In this document: positions 56,243 through 64,000 of the stretch, one piece after another
Layout of the letters: the number at the start of each line of letters is the position of its first letter
How positions within the stretch are numbered: position 1 is the first letter of the stretch
Virus record (IMG/VR): IMGVR_UViG_2654587674_000003
Length of the DNA stretch: 64,000 bases
Strand: one strand, 5' to 3'
Origin: a virus
Lineage: Duplodnaviria; Heunggongvirae; Uroviricota; Caudoviricetes
Made by a program: the position numbers and the translations under genes
Notes under the pieces: generated by a model
Databases searched by the model: none
Seen by the model: the letters and a program-made list of their open reading frames with translations, nothing else
Told to the model about the DNA's origin: nothing

Positions 56243-56611
56243 TTACCCGGCATAACCGTTAGCTTTCACCCAGCTTATGGTCTGCTCTTTAGCCTGCTCC
56301 AACGTAAGGAACTCGCCAACATAGTTTGAGATCCCACGCAGCGCATCAATAAATTCCATTTGTGTGGACTTTGTGAAGACACCGCCCAGGAAGTCAGTCA
56401 CTATCTTAGGGACTTCATCTACAACAGGATCAGTCTGTTGTTGCGGTTCCGCTGCCGGTTGCGCGGCAGTCCCCAGGCCCAATTTCAGCATCACATCAAC
56501 AATCTGCTTACCAATGGTGACGCGTTGCAATACTGGCGCAGTTTTCTGCGCCTGCATTAGATCTGATAGCTCTTTACCTAATTTCAGGCGGTCTAAAACA
56601 GAGATGGTCAT
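56243..56611 (-). CDS. small head-associated protein (possible DdrA-like)
   Basis: 122 aa; stop/start overlap with upstream gene. Confidence 0.3.
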   Translation of the reverse strand: MTISVLDRLKLGKELSDLMQAQKTAPVLQRVTIGKQIVDVMLKLGLGTAAQPAAEPQQQTDPVVDEVPKIVTDFLGGVFTKSTQMEFIDALRGISNYVGEFLTLEQAKEQTISWVKANGYAG

Positions 56612-58542
56612 TAAGCACCTCCCTGCTGAATTTCAGCCAGAATGTTGATCAGGTAGTCAACTGCTGCACCAACAGTGGCTTCGTTCTCGTCGTATCGACC
56701 TGCGCTGATTAGAGCGTTTGCTGCTTCCTGCACATGATCAAGTTCAGCACTGATGACCGTCAGATCGCGGGATGTAAACTGCTCCGGCACGGATTTCAGG
56801 TACTCCAGTGCTTTATCTGCCTCCTGATCAGCTTCACTTGCTGATTCACCAGCTTCTTCTGGCTCCGGCTCCTGTTCTGGTGCTGGTTGTGGTTGTGATT
56901 CCGGCTCAACCACATGCTCTGTTTTTACTTCGCTTGAATGATTTTGAAGGGCGTTATACACGTCCATAATGAAAAGGTTCTCCCCATCACCAAGTGGATA
57001 CGCCACGTTTGGAAACGCTTTGCGGAAAAGAATTTTCACTTGCGCCTTGAATGTTTTCAGGTCACTGCCAAACAGGTCTACATAGCCATCAATATGTTTC
57101 GACATGCTGGACACAACCAATTGGCCTGCAAAATCTTTCAGCTCATCTTCATCAGGAAGATAGAGCAACTCGTACTGGCTGACTTCTTCATCTGTCAGTT
57201 TACGGTCATACGTAATGATACCGTGACGAGCATATTCGTAATACTGATCAGCCTGGTCAGGACGATCAAGCACGGCTTTATTTCCATCCGGCACAGCACC
57301 AACACCAGCCGGGCGAGATTGAAGTGCATAGTGGTATTTACCTACATCCTGGCTCTCTGGTTGTGATACTGGGTTCGTCTCGGGGTCTGTCTGTGGTGGT
57401 TCGGGGTCTTCCTGCTGGCCTGGTAACACATCAACTTTATATTTATCTGCGTTATGCTCTCGGTAGGCTTTAAGTAATTTGGTTGCAGCATCTGCCAAAC
57501 TGCCTCCTTTGACAGCACTGGCATCAATACTGAATTTACCTTCAGGTGCTACTATCGTAACGAAATTGTCACTGCCGGACGTGATATAATTAACTTCAGC
57601 GCCATTATCCAGCACTGTTTTTCCGTCAATGGCAAGATTATGTTTTACATGTCGCAGCTGGTCACTAAACGCTCGTTCCTTCGTTTTTTCACCTTTAGCA
57701 GACAACAATTTATCGCGTTTTTCTTGTAATTCCTCGTTGATGGCTTTCTGGGCATCAAGTTTTTTTTGCATCTCCGTAAGAGCAGCACGCTTTTCAGTCA
57801 GCCCACGTTGCGCAACGTCCACCTGATCAATCATTATTGACCGTTCTTCTGCCAGTTTATCTGCTTCATTGAGATAACTCTCAATATCTGCCTTCATTTT
57901 GTCCTGGCGCTCTTTTGCTTTCTTAAATTTTTCGCTGTTACGCTCAATCAAATTAGATAGCGCCTGGCATACCTGGCTTAAAGAAACATCTCTCCCACCA
58001 ATCGGGGCGACAACGTGAGTTACGTTACGCTTATTAAGTAAAAACTGAAATGCAACAAGCTCGTCGTTACTCTTTATTTTTGCACCGTCAGCTGTTGGAG
58101 AGTGGAAAATTATGCTTGTACTCTGCCCGTCAGTAAGCGGTATCTGCGCGGTCAAAACAGGGATATTAGCTACCCGACGTACACGACCGATAATCGCACC
58201 TCCAATACAATTACGTCCATTTTCATCGGTCCCAGCTTCATCAGTCCCTGCCATAATATTCGTACCATTCAGGCCACGATTCAGCGCACGGACGAAAGCT
58301 CGCATTGTTTGAGCTAACCGAATTCTGGTTGTAGTTATGGACTCAAACATAGCTTCGTCAGACACAACCAGAATTTTATTGCCCATATAGGCAAGCTCAA
58401 TATCTTCTAAGGTCGCCGCCTCAAAAATCAGGTCATCTTCGCTTAATTCTTCTGAAGACCAGCGACTTGGCATATAGCCGGGGATCGTATCAGCAAAAGT
58501 AGACTGAATATTAATTCGTAAAGGATTGTTAATCATGCTCAT
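56611..58542 (-). CDS. DarA-like capsid-internal antirestriction protein
   Basis: about 640 aa (track ORF starts 58575); acidic Pro/Glu-rich region; preceded by a smaller ORF sharing a segment with it, as Hdf does with DarA in P1. Confidence 0.4.
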   Translation of the reverse strand: MSMINNPLRINIQSTFADTIPGYMPSRWSSEELSEDDLIFEAATLEDIELAYMGNKILVVSDEAMFESITTTRIRLAQTMRAFVRALNRGLNGTNIMAGTDEAGTDENGRNCIGGAIIGRVRRVANIPVLTAQIPLTDGQSTSIIFHSPTADGAKIKSNDELVAFQFLLNKRNVTHVVAPIGGRDVSLSQVCQALSNLIERNSEKFKKAKERQDKMKADIESYLNEADKLAEERSIMIDQVDVAQRGLTEKRAALTEMQKKLDAQKAINEELQEKRDKLLSAKGEKTKERAFSDQLRHVKHNLAIDGKTVLDNGAEVNYITSGSDNFVTIVAPEGKFSIDASAVKGGSLADAATKLLKAYREHNADKYKVDVLPGQQEDPEPPQTDPETNPVSQPESQDVGKYHYALQSRPAGVGAVPDGNKAVLDRPDQADQYYEYARHGIITYDRKLTDEEVSQYELLYLPDEDELKDFAGQLVVSSMSKHIDGYVDLFGSDLKTFKAQVKILFRKAFPNVAYPLGDGENLFIMDVYNALQNHSSEVKTEHVVEPESQPQPAPEQEPEPEEAGESASEADQEADKALEYLKSVPEQFTSRDLTVISAELDHVQEAANALISAGRYDENEATVGAAVDYLINILAEIQQGGA

Positions 58543-59149
58543 CCTCCAGGCGCGCGATTTCTTCTTTAAGAGCACGTGTCTTAGCTACTTCCTGAGACAA
58601 GGCAGCTTTAACGTTACCCGTATCTTGTATTACTTTGTCTGACTTGCTCTGGAGTTTAGACAGTTTGTCGTTAGCATTAGCGATATCTTCACGGAGTGCA
58701 TCACGTGATTCTTTCGCTTCAGCTAATTTCTGAGCGTTAGATTTAACTCCCTGCCGCTTCTTATTTCCGTCATCAATATTTTTTGCTGCACGAGCAAGTT
58801 TTCGAGCTAATGACTTCTGGAAAGAAGTTGCTCCGCGATTAAATAAAGCCGCAAGAGATTGCCCCAAAGCCGACATTGTTTTTACTGGCTTGAACGGTAC
58901 TGTTTTACCATTCAGTTTGATCCCAGATATATCACCGGTATCGTTAACCTGAACTTCCATTGTCTGTTCATCAATACCAATAAGGGTAAACGTGCGCGTC
59001 ATGATCCCATCTTTCTTCCTGCCATTACTTGCAGGGATCACCCTCGCTATCTTGTAACCACCTTTGCTGATTTCTTTGACGAGTTTTGCCAGCCCCTTTT
59101 CGTTTAACTCATCATAATTAAGAAGAACATAATTATTCTTATTTGACAT
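58529..59149 (-). CDS. Hdf-like protein (homolog of DarA fragment)
   Basis: 206 aa; TMSALGQSLAAL and following coiled coil resemble SLSQVCQALSNL region of the DarA-like ORF. Confidence 0.4.
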   Translation of the reverse strand: MSNKNNYVLLNYDELNEKGLAKLVKEISKGGYKIARVIPASNGRKKDGIMTRTFTLIGIDEQTMEVQVNDTGDISGIKLNGKTVPFKPVKTMSALGQSLAALFNRGATSFQKSLARKLARAAKNIDDGNKKRQGVKSNAQKLAEAKESRDALREDIANANDKLSKLQSKSDKVIQDTGNVKAALSQEVAKTRALKEEIARLEDEHD

Positions 59150-59585
59150 CCCAGTCTCCTTTACGCTTTTCGATCGTAAACTGGCGCTCTATGCAGTCAT
59201 TGATAGGGAAAATGCGATAAAGCGGATTCAGTCGGCAGTTACCGTTAGTCAATGTGACTTTCAGATCCCACTTCGTTGGCTCAAGATATTTCGTATCGAT
59301 GAGCAAATACTCTTCTCTCTCACCGCGTTTTGAGGCGTCAACTGGTCGCGTTTTCCCTGAAATAACCACAGATGGATTTTTCAGGTCTTGCAACCAATAT
59401 TCGATTTGAGCATTGCTGACCCAGCTTCGCTTAACACGTAGCGAAACAGGAAATGCTATAGCGGATTCTTTCACTACAGCGTCACCAATACTCAAAATCT
59501 CAACACTCTTGCGACGAAAAATGAAACGGTCAATGATGGCAACAAATGCCATGATAAAAATGAAATAATTTCCAAAGTTACCCAT
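59139..59585 (-). CDS. membrane-anchored protein
   Basis: 148 aa, N-terminal TM YFIFIMAFVAIIDRFIF. Confidence 0.35.
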   Translation of the reverse strand: MGNFGNYFIFIMAFVAIIDRFIFRRKSVEILSIGDAVVKESAIAFPVSLRVKRSWVSNAQIEYWLQDLKNPSVVISGKTRPVDASKRGEREEYLLIDTKYLEPTKWDLKVTLTNGNCRLNPLYRIFPINDCIERQFTIEKRKGDWDVK

Positions 59586-59911
59586 TATTTCTCTCCACCT
59601 TTTCCCCCATTCGCTATTACGCTTAAGAGATTCAAGACGTTACTAGCTCTGGACTTCAAGCCCTGTAAAATTTCACTACCGTTGTTACTGGCAATCAGAA
59701 CAACGCAGAAAATGATACCTTCAGGCCATTCTCGGCTAACCGCCACCCCATACCCCGCAAGCCCGGCTGTTACCGCAGTAAACAATTCACTCGCAAGATT
59801 GAGCAGGGACGCAGAAATGCGCCCGTCTCTAACTCCGAGAAGGAATACGCCGGTTCCACTTAGTAGGGATGTTATGACTACTACAGCCAGATTTTCATAA
59901 TCTGCAAACAT
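59585..59911 (-). CDS. holin-like small membrane protein
   Basis: 108 aa with three hydrophobic segments. Confidence 0.35.
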   Translation of the reverse strand: MFADYENLAVVVITSLLSGTGVFLLGVRDGRISASLLNLASELFTAVTAGLAGYGVAVSREWPEGIIFCVVLIASNNGSEILQGLKSRASNVLNLLSVIANGGKGGEK

Positions 59912-60004
59912 ACCCCTCCAGAAATAACATCTAATGCGCCACTAACTTAGTCAGTTTGTTATTTCCTTACAGGACATCTTCTAGGATCGTATCCTTAGCA
60001 TACA

Positions 60005-60157
60005 AGGGAGACATATGCTTATTGGATACATTCGCATATCAACAAATGATGATGCGCCGCGCGATAAATGCACTCTATCTTGTGCGATAAATGGCATCCA
60101 CGCGGCGTTTCATTATTTGAAAAAGAATTACATTTCAGGTTGCGTTATGACAGTCCC
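60005..60157 (+). pseudogene. 5' fragment of a second Din-family invertase gene, fused to unrelated sequence
   Basis: aagggag RBS then ATG; MLIGYIRISTND matches the start of the intact invertase (MLIGYIRVSTNDQ), then homology ends. Confidence 0.3.
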
Positions 60158-60700
60158 AACAGGGTGATAGCGGTAGATCGTTGACAGTCCAATATCATAG
60201 ATAATTGCCAGCCGCTTTCTGTCATACCCTTTCTGGAGCAATCTTGCGATCTGCTCATGCTGCTCCTTCGTCAGTTTCGGGCGACGTCCTCCAACTCTTC
60301 CTTGTGCTCGCGCAGCAGCCAGTCCTGCCAGCGTGCGCTCAACTATCAGTTCACGCTCCATTTCTGCCAGTGCACCCATCATATGAAAAAAGAACCTTCC
60401 CATCGGAGTGCTGGTATCGATTGAATCCGTCAGACTGCGAAAATTGACACCTTTTGCGCGTAACTCTTCTGTGAGAGCAATGAGGTGTTTCATTCTTCTA
60501 CCCAACCGATCCAGCTTCCAGACCACCAATGTATCCCCTCTTTTAAGGCACTTTAAAGCGCGTTTCAGGCCTGGTCGTTCCGACTTGGTTCCGCTCATTT
60601 TGTCCTCAAAAATCTGTTCACATCCTGCGCACATTAATGCATTGCGTTGCAAATCTGTGTTTTGGTCATTTGTTGACACACGTATGTAGCCAATCAGCAT
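60128..60700 (-). CDS. Din-family serine DNA invertase (Gin/Cin/Pin/Hin-like)
   Basis: 190 aa from ATG at 60700 (track ORF has a spurious 43-aa extension); MLIGYIRVSTNDQNTDLQRNAL...GDTLVVWKLDRLGR...GRFFFHMMGALAEMERELIVERT near-identical in pattern to Gin as recalled. Confidence 0.85.
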   Translation of the reverse strand: MLIGYIRVSTNDQNTDLQRNALMCAGCEQIFEDKMSGTKSERPGLKRALKCLKRGDTLVVWKLDRLGRRMKHLIALTEELRAKGVNFRSLTDSIDTSTPMGRFFFHMMGALAEMERELIVERTLAGLAAARAQGRVGGRRPKLTKEQHEQIARLLQKGYDRKRLAIIYDIGLSTIYRYHPVGTVITQPEM

Positions 60701-60754
60701 TAAAAATACTCCCTTTTGAGTGGTTAAAGTACTGAGATAATGTGGGGAGGATTT

Positions 60755-60780
60755 GAGAGATAAACGTTGGTTTGGGGGAA
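60755..60780 (+). other. invertase crossover site A (gix/cix-like)
   Basis: gagagataaacg-tt-ggtttgggggaa; right half-site matches gix GGTTTTGGATAA at 9/12. Confidence 0.45.
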
Positions 60781-61233
60781 GGCTCGGCGCTGCCCGTTGG
60801 TGTACCTGTTCCGTGGCCCACTGCCACACCGCCAGCAGGCTGGTTAAAGTGCGACGGGCGCACCTTTACAAAAGAACAATATCCTGTTCTGGCCAGAGTC
60901 TACCCGACCCTCCGTCTTCCCGATTTACGCGGTGAATTTATTCGTGGCTGGGATGACGGACGTGGTGTGGATGCCGGGCGACAATTATTATCTTCACAGG
61001 GGGATGCAATAAGAAATATTGAGGGATTCGCAGATGGCGGGATCGGTATGTCTTTTGATGCAATCAGAGGGGCTTTTTACGATGCAGGAACACGATCAGC
61101 GAGAATGCCGAATAACACAACTACTATAGACAAAACCGATGACCTTGGATTCGACGCCTCTCGTGTCGTGCCAACAGCTAATGAAAACCGTCCTCGTAAT
61201 ATTGCCTTTAATTATATCGTAAGGGCGGCATAA
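60772..61233 (+). CDS. tail-fibre C-terminal cassette A (startless, inverted)
   Basis: reading frame opens right after a stop; encodes LGEGSALPVGVPVPWPTATPPAGWLKCDGR...RPRNIAFNYIVRAA, same ends as the expressed fibre tip. Confidence 0.55.
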   Translation: MGEGSALPVGVPVPWPTATPPAGWLKCDGRTFTKEQYPVLARVYPTLRLPDLRGEFIRGWDDGRGVDAGRQLLSSQGDAIRNIEGFADGGIGMSFDAIRGAFYDAGTRSARMPNNTTTIDKTDDLGFDASRVVPTANENRPRNIAFNYIVRAA

Positions 61234-61255
61234 AAACGTTGGTTTGGGGGAAGGC
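61232..61255 (+). other. invertase crossover site B
   Basis: taaaaacg-tt-ggtttgggggaa. Confidence 0.4.
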
Positions 61256-61717
61256 TCTGCATTGCCTGTTGGTGTACCGGTTCCATGGCCCACCGCCACA
61301 CCGCCAGCAGGCTGGTTACAGTGCAACGGAGCTACGTTCACCAAAGAACAATATCCTGTTCTGGCCAGAGTCTACCCGACCCTCCGTCTTCCCGATTTAC
61401 GCGGTGAGTTTATCCGTGGATGGGACGACGGGCGCAAGATTGACGAGGGGCGTAAGTTGCTTTCATGGCAGAAAGGTACACTGGTCGGCGGTCATGACGA
61501 TAACGATTCTGCGCTTGATATCTCGTACATGAGTAACGGAAATAATATTGACTATGGCGGCGATAAGGTGTTTGCGGGGAATTACCGTAGCGATTATTTG
61601 TGGTACGCAATACTGGGTGGAACAAACAGTCGCGCAAAAGCCGAATTAAACGGAGCATTCTTTAACATAACCCGCCCCCGCAATATCGCGTTTAACTATA
61701 TCGTGAGGGCGGCGTGA
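61244..61717 (+). CDS. tail-fibre C-terminal cassette B (startless, inverted)
   Basis: same conserved N-terminal 70 aa and C-terminal NYIVRAA with different central 70 aa. Confidence 0.55.
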   Translation: MGEGSALPVGVPVPWPTATPPAGWLQCNGATFTKEQYPVLARVYPTLRLPDLRGEFIRGWDDGRKIDEGRKLLSWQKGTLVGGHDDNDSALDISYMSNGNNIDYGGDKVFAGNYRSDYLWYAILGGTNSRAKAELNGAFFNITRPRNIAFNYIVRAA

Positions 61718-61723
61718 TACCGT

Positions 61724-62338
61724 TCAACTGGCAAGTGCCAGTGGCGCTTCCGGCCAGCTGATTTCAGGTGCCGTGCTGATATCCAGTGCGTTCAGCTCGT
61801 CGATATAATCCAGCACGGCGTTCAGTTTTGCCGTTTCTTCTGGTGTCAGACTGCGACCAGCACGCAGTTTGAGGTTGATAAGATCGACGGACGCCATCGC
61901 CTGTTTCACCCGTTGCTGGCGTTGCTGTCTGGCAACCTCCAGTTCTGCGGCTCGCTGCCGTTCAGTATCGGTTACCCACGCCTCACCGTTCCAGGTATCC
62001 CATGGCGTGGCTGGCTGTTTTGTGGTGGTGTCCGCCGGGTAATCACCCGGTTGGGTAATCAGAACAGGGTTACCGTTCTCCGTGCTGTATACCGTCTCGC
62101 CGCGGTGATCAGGCACATGCTCCCACCCGTTCAGCGTGGCAGTCCGGCAAACCACGTAACCCGAAATTGCCTCCGGCGGTGCATCGGCGCACGAATGTGC
62201 CGGAGTACCCACCCCAAGGGCGAGATACTCCACAGAGGATGAGGTGTATTCCCGGGTTTCCTCGTCATAGTGATATACAGTGATATCGCCCGCTACAGTG
62301 GCGATACCGTTTTCATCCAGAACTGCAGTGTTACTCAT
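61724..62338 (-). CDS. tail fibre assembly protein (U/Tfa-like)
   Basis: 204 aa; C-terminal ISTAPEISWPEAPLA resembles the conserved Tfa C-terminus. Confidence 0.6.
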   Translation of the reverse strand: MSNTAVLDENGIATVAGDITVYHYDEETREYTSSSVEYLALGVGTPAHSCADAPPEAISGYVVCRTATLNGWEHVPDHRGETVYSTENGNPVLITQPGDYPADTTTKQPATPWDTWNGEAWVTDTERQRAAELEVARQQRQQRVKQAMASVDLINLKLRAGRSLTPEETAKLNAVLDYIDELNALDISTAPEISWPEAPLALAS

Positions 62339-62856
62339 TAAACTGCCCTCACAATGTAATTAAGTGCAATGCTACGGGGTCTGACAGTGATACCCTTCGC
62401 ATACCCGCTTCTGATAGAGGTCAGAATAGTAGCCTGCATACCATTGTCTGACATTGCTATGACAGGATCGCTGAATGTTGTCCCGTCCGGCATTTTAAAG
62501 CTGCCCTCACGAAGGTCTGTAATGGAATCTTCATTGTTGAATCCCATGCCGACTATCCCCGAGGTTCCCGTAGTGTCCTGGTTATAATAATCCAGCATTG
62601 CTGTTCTTAACAGCGTTGCCCCTTGTGCGGACAGCAACTTACGTCCTGTATCAACTTTGCGCCCGTCGTCCCATCCACGGATAAACTCACCGCGTAAATC
62701 GGGAAGACGGAGGGTCGGGTAGACTCTGGCCAGAACAGGATATTGTTCTTTTGTAAAGGCGCGCCCGTCGCACTTTAACCAGCCTGCTGGCGGTGTGGCG
62801 GTGGGCCACGGAACAGGCACACCAACGGGTAGCGCCGAGCCTTCTCCTAAACCAAC
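62338..62856 (-). CDS. tail-fibre C-terminal cassette C (startless, same orientation as fibre)
   Basis: frame opens immediately after the fibre stop; NVGLGEGSALPVGVPVPWPT...NYIVRAV. Confidence 0.55.
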   Translation of the reverse strand, partial: VGLGEGSALPVGVPVPWPTATPPAGWLKCDGRAFTKEQYPVLARVYPTLRLPDLRGEFIRGWDDGRKVDTGRKLLSAQGATLLRTAMLDYYNQDTTGTSGIVGMGFNNEDSITDLREGSFKMPDGTTFSDPVIAMSDNGMQATILTSIRSGYAKGITVRPRSIALNYIVRAV

Positions 62857-62862
62857 GTTTCT
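62838..62862 (-). other. invertase crossover site C
   Basis: minus-strand aaacg-tt-ggtttaggagaa. Confidence 0.4.
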
Positions 62863-64000
62863 ATGCCGCCCTTACGATGTAATTAAACGCAATGTTACGG
62901 GGACGAATGGTCACATAATTAACCCCATCGCCTCGCGAAGGACCTGCAAATGAAAAACGGGAAAAGCCTGGTTGGTTAGAAACAATTTGGTCATAGTTAT
63001 TGATTGAATGACCAGACCCAATGTCGAAATTACCTCCGTAATGAGAAAAACTTGTACCATCCTGCCCTGAAAGCAGATCGCGCCCTGTATCCACTTTTCG
63101 CCCGTCGTCCCATCCACGGATAAACTCACCGCGTAAATCGGGAAGACGGAGGGTCGGGTAGACTCTGGCCAGAACAGGATATTGTTCTTTTGTAAAGGCG
63201 CGCCCGTCGCACTTTAACCAGCCTGCTGGCGGTGTGGCAGTGGGCCACGGAACAGGTACACCAACGGGCAGCGCCGAGCCTTCCCCCAAACCAAGGTAAT
63301 TGAGGACATCTTTTATACTGCCCTTAGCGATAATAGCGCGACCAATAGCTGTAAGGGTTGTCAGCGCTGCGCGGTCTGCTCCGGTAAAATAAGGCAACCG
63401 ATCTGCTGCAGTGGCAAGTCCTGCCAGAGCAGTGAGCGTGGCATCTTCCGGTTGTTTTCCGTTTGCCAGATCGTATGCAGCCTTGACAGCTTTCGGTGTA
63501 GCGGCCAGCACTTCAGACGTGCTGTTAGTGGCACTACTGAGCTGAGTGATGCCTTTCGCTGTCAATGAAGCTGTTGGCACACCAGTGATCTGATTCCAGG
63601 GATGTATATGATTGGATGGTGCCTTTCCGGCTGCTAGATCGTATGCAGCTTTAACCGCTTTTGGAGTTGCAGCTAATGTTTCAGAAGTGCTGTTGGTGTC
63701 GCTACTGAGCTGAACTATCCCTTTTTGTGTCGTGGTTGCATCCTGGGCTGTGTACTTCCCGTTAGCCAGGTCATATGCAGCCTTGACAGCTTTCGGTGTA
63801 GCGGCCAGCACTTCAGACGTGCTGTTAGTGGCACTACTGAGCTGAGTGATGCCTTTCGCTGTCAATGAAGCTGTTGGCACACCAGTGATCTGATTCCAGG
63901 GATGTATATGATTGGATGGTGCCTTTCCGGCTGCTAGATCGTATGCAGCTTTAACCGCTTTTGGAGTTGCAGCTAATGTTTCAGAAGTGCTGTTGGTGTC
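62861..64000 (-). CDS. tail fibre protein, 3' portion with expressed cassette D (5' end beyond window)
   Basis: repeated LTAKGITQLSSATNSTSEVLAATPKAVKAAYDLANGK units then cassette D; ORF continues past the window edge. Confidence 0.7.
   Translation of the reverse strand, partial: DTNSTSETLAATPKAVKAAYDLAAGKAPSNHIHPWNQITGVPTASLTAKGITQLSSATNSTSEVLAATPKAVKAAYDLANGKYTAQDATTTQKGIVQLSSDTNSTSETLAATPKAVKAAYDLAAGKAPSNHIHPWNQITGVPTASLTAKGITQLSSATNSTSEVLAATPKAVKAAYDLANGKQPEDATLTALAGLATAADRLPYFTGADRAALTTLTAIGRAIIAKGSIKDVLNYLGLGEGSALPVGVPVPWPTATPPAGWLKCDGRAFTKEQYPVLARVYPTLRLPDLRGEFIRGWDDGRKVDTGRDLLSGQDGTSFSHYGGNFDIGSGHSINNYDQIVSNQPGFSRFSFAGPSRGDGVNYVTIRPRNIAFNYIVRAA
63279..63302 (-). other. invertase crossover site D (junction of constant fibre and cassette D)
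   Basis: minus-strand attacc-tt-ggtttgggggaa. Confidence 0.4.
63481..64000. repeat. tandem 300-bp duplication inside the tail fibre gene
   Basis: 63481..63700 is identical to 63781..64000. Confidence 0.8.

Noticed and set aside
60701-60829. 43-aa N-terminal extension of the invertase ORF
   Set aside because: Din-family invertases start at the MLIGYIRVST motif; the extension has no homology and overlaps crossover site A.
1-64000. CRISPR arrays, rRNA genes, IS elements
   Set aside because: No regularly spaced direct repeats, no rRNA-like conserved blocks and no transposase ORF with terminal inverted repeats were seen.

Overview
This 64-kb window reads as a contiguous segment of a P1-family temperate phage or phage-plasmid, most likely D6-like rather than P1 itself. 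The anchor is a Cre-family tyrosine recombinase (28161..29189, minus) lying 150 bp from a 32-bp site that matches the rox sequence as I recall it (14-bp inverted repeats, 4-bp spacer, 29342..29373). Other P1-type landmarks: terminase pacA/pacB, a candidate Lpa, phd-doc, humD with a LexA box, ref (HNH), ppp phosphatase, dUTPase, a TerB-like gene, a minus-strand tRNA cluster (Ile-CAU, Ser-UGA, Thr-UGU, Asn-GUU), a 2278-aa DarB-like methyltransferase-helicase, a DarA-operon-like block, a Din-family invertase with a four-cassette tail-fibre inversion region, and baseplate-like genes at the left edge. Beyond these, the window carries an accessory island (3.4-9.3 kb) with a HigB/HigA module, a truncated antitoxin-like ORF abutting a very AT-rich membrane-protein gene, a SWIM zinc-finger protein and exported proteins. 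The most interesting unexplained signals are two icd/ant-like cassettes with identical architecture but different short specificity elements, a terminase-ATPase paralog with degenerate Walker motifs, a family of covarying hairpin repeats among the tRNA genes, and a recurring TTTTCTAACA box at 12 or more intergenic sites. All calls come from reading the sequence and the ORF track against recalled protein families; no database search was run, and structural-gene assignments in particular are tentative.
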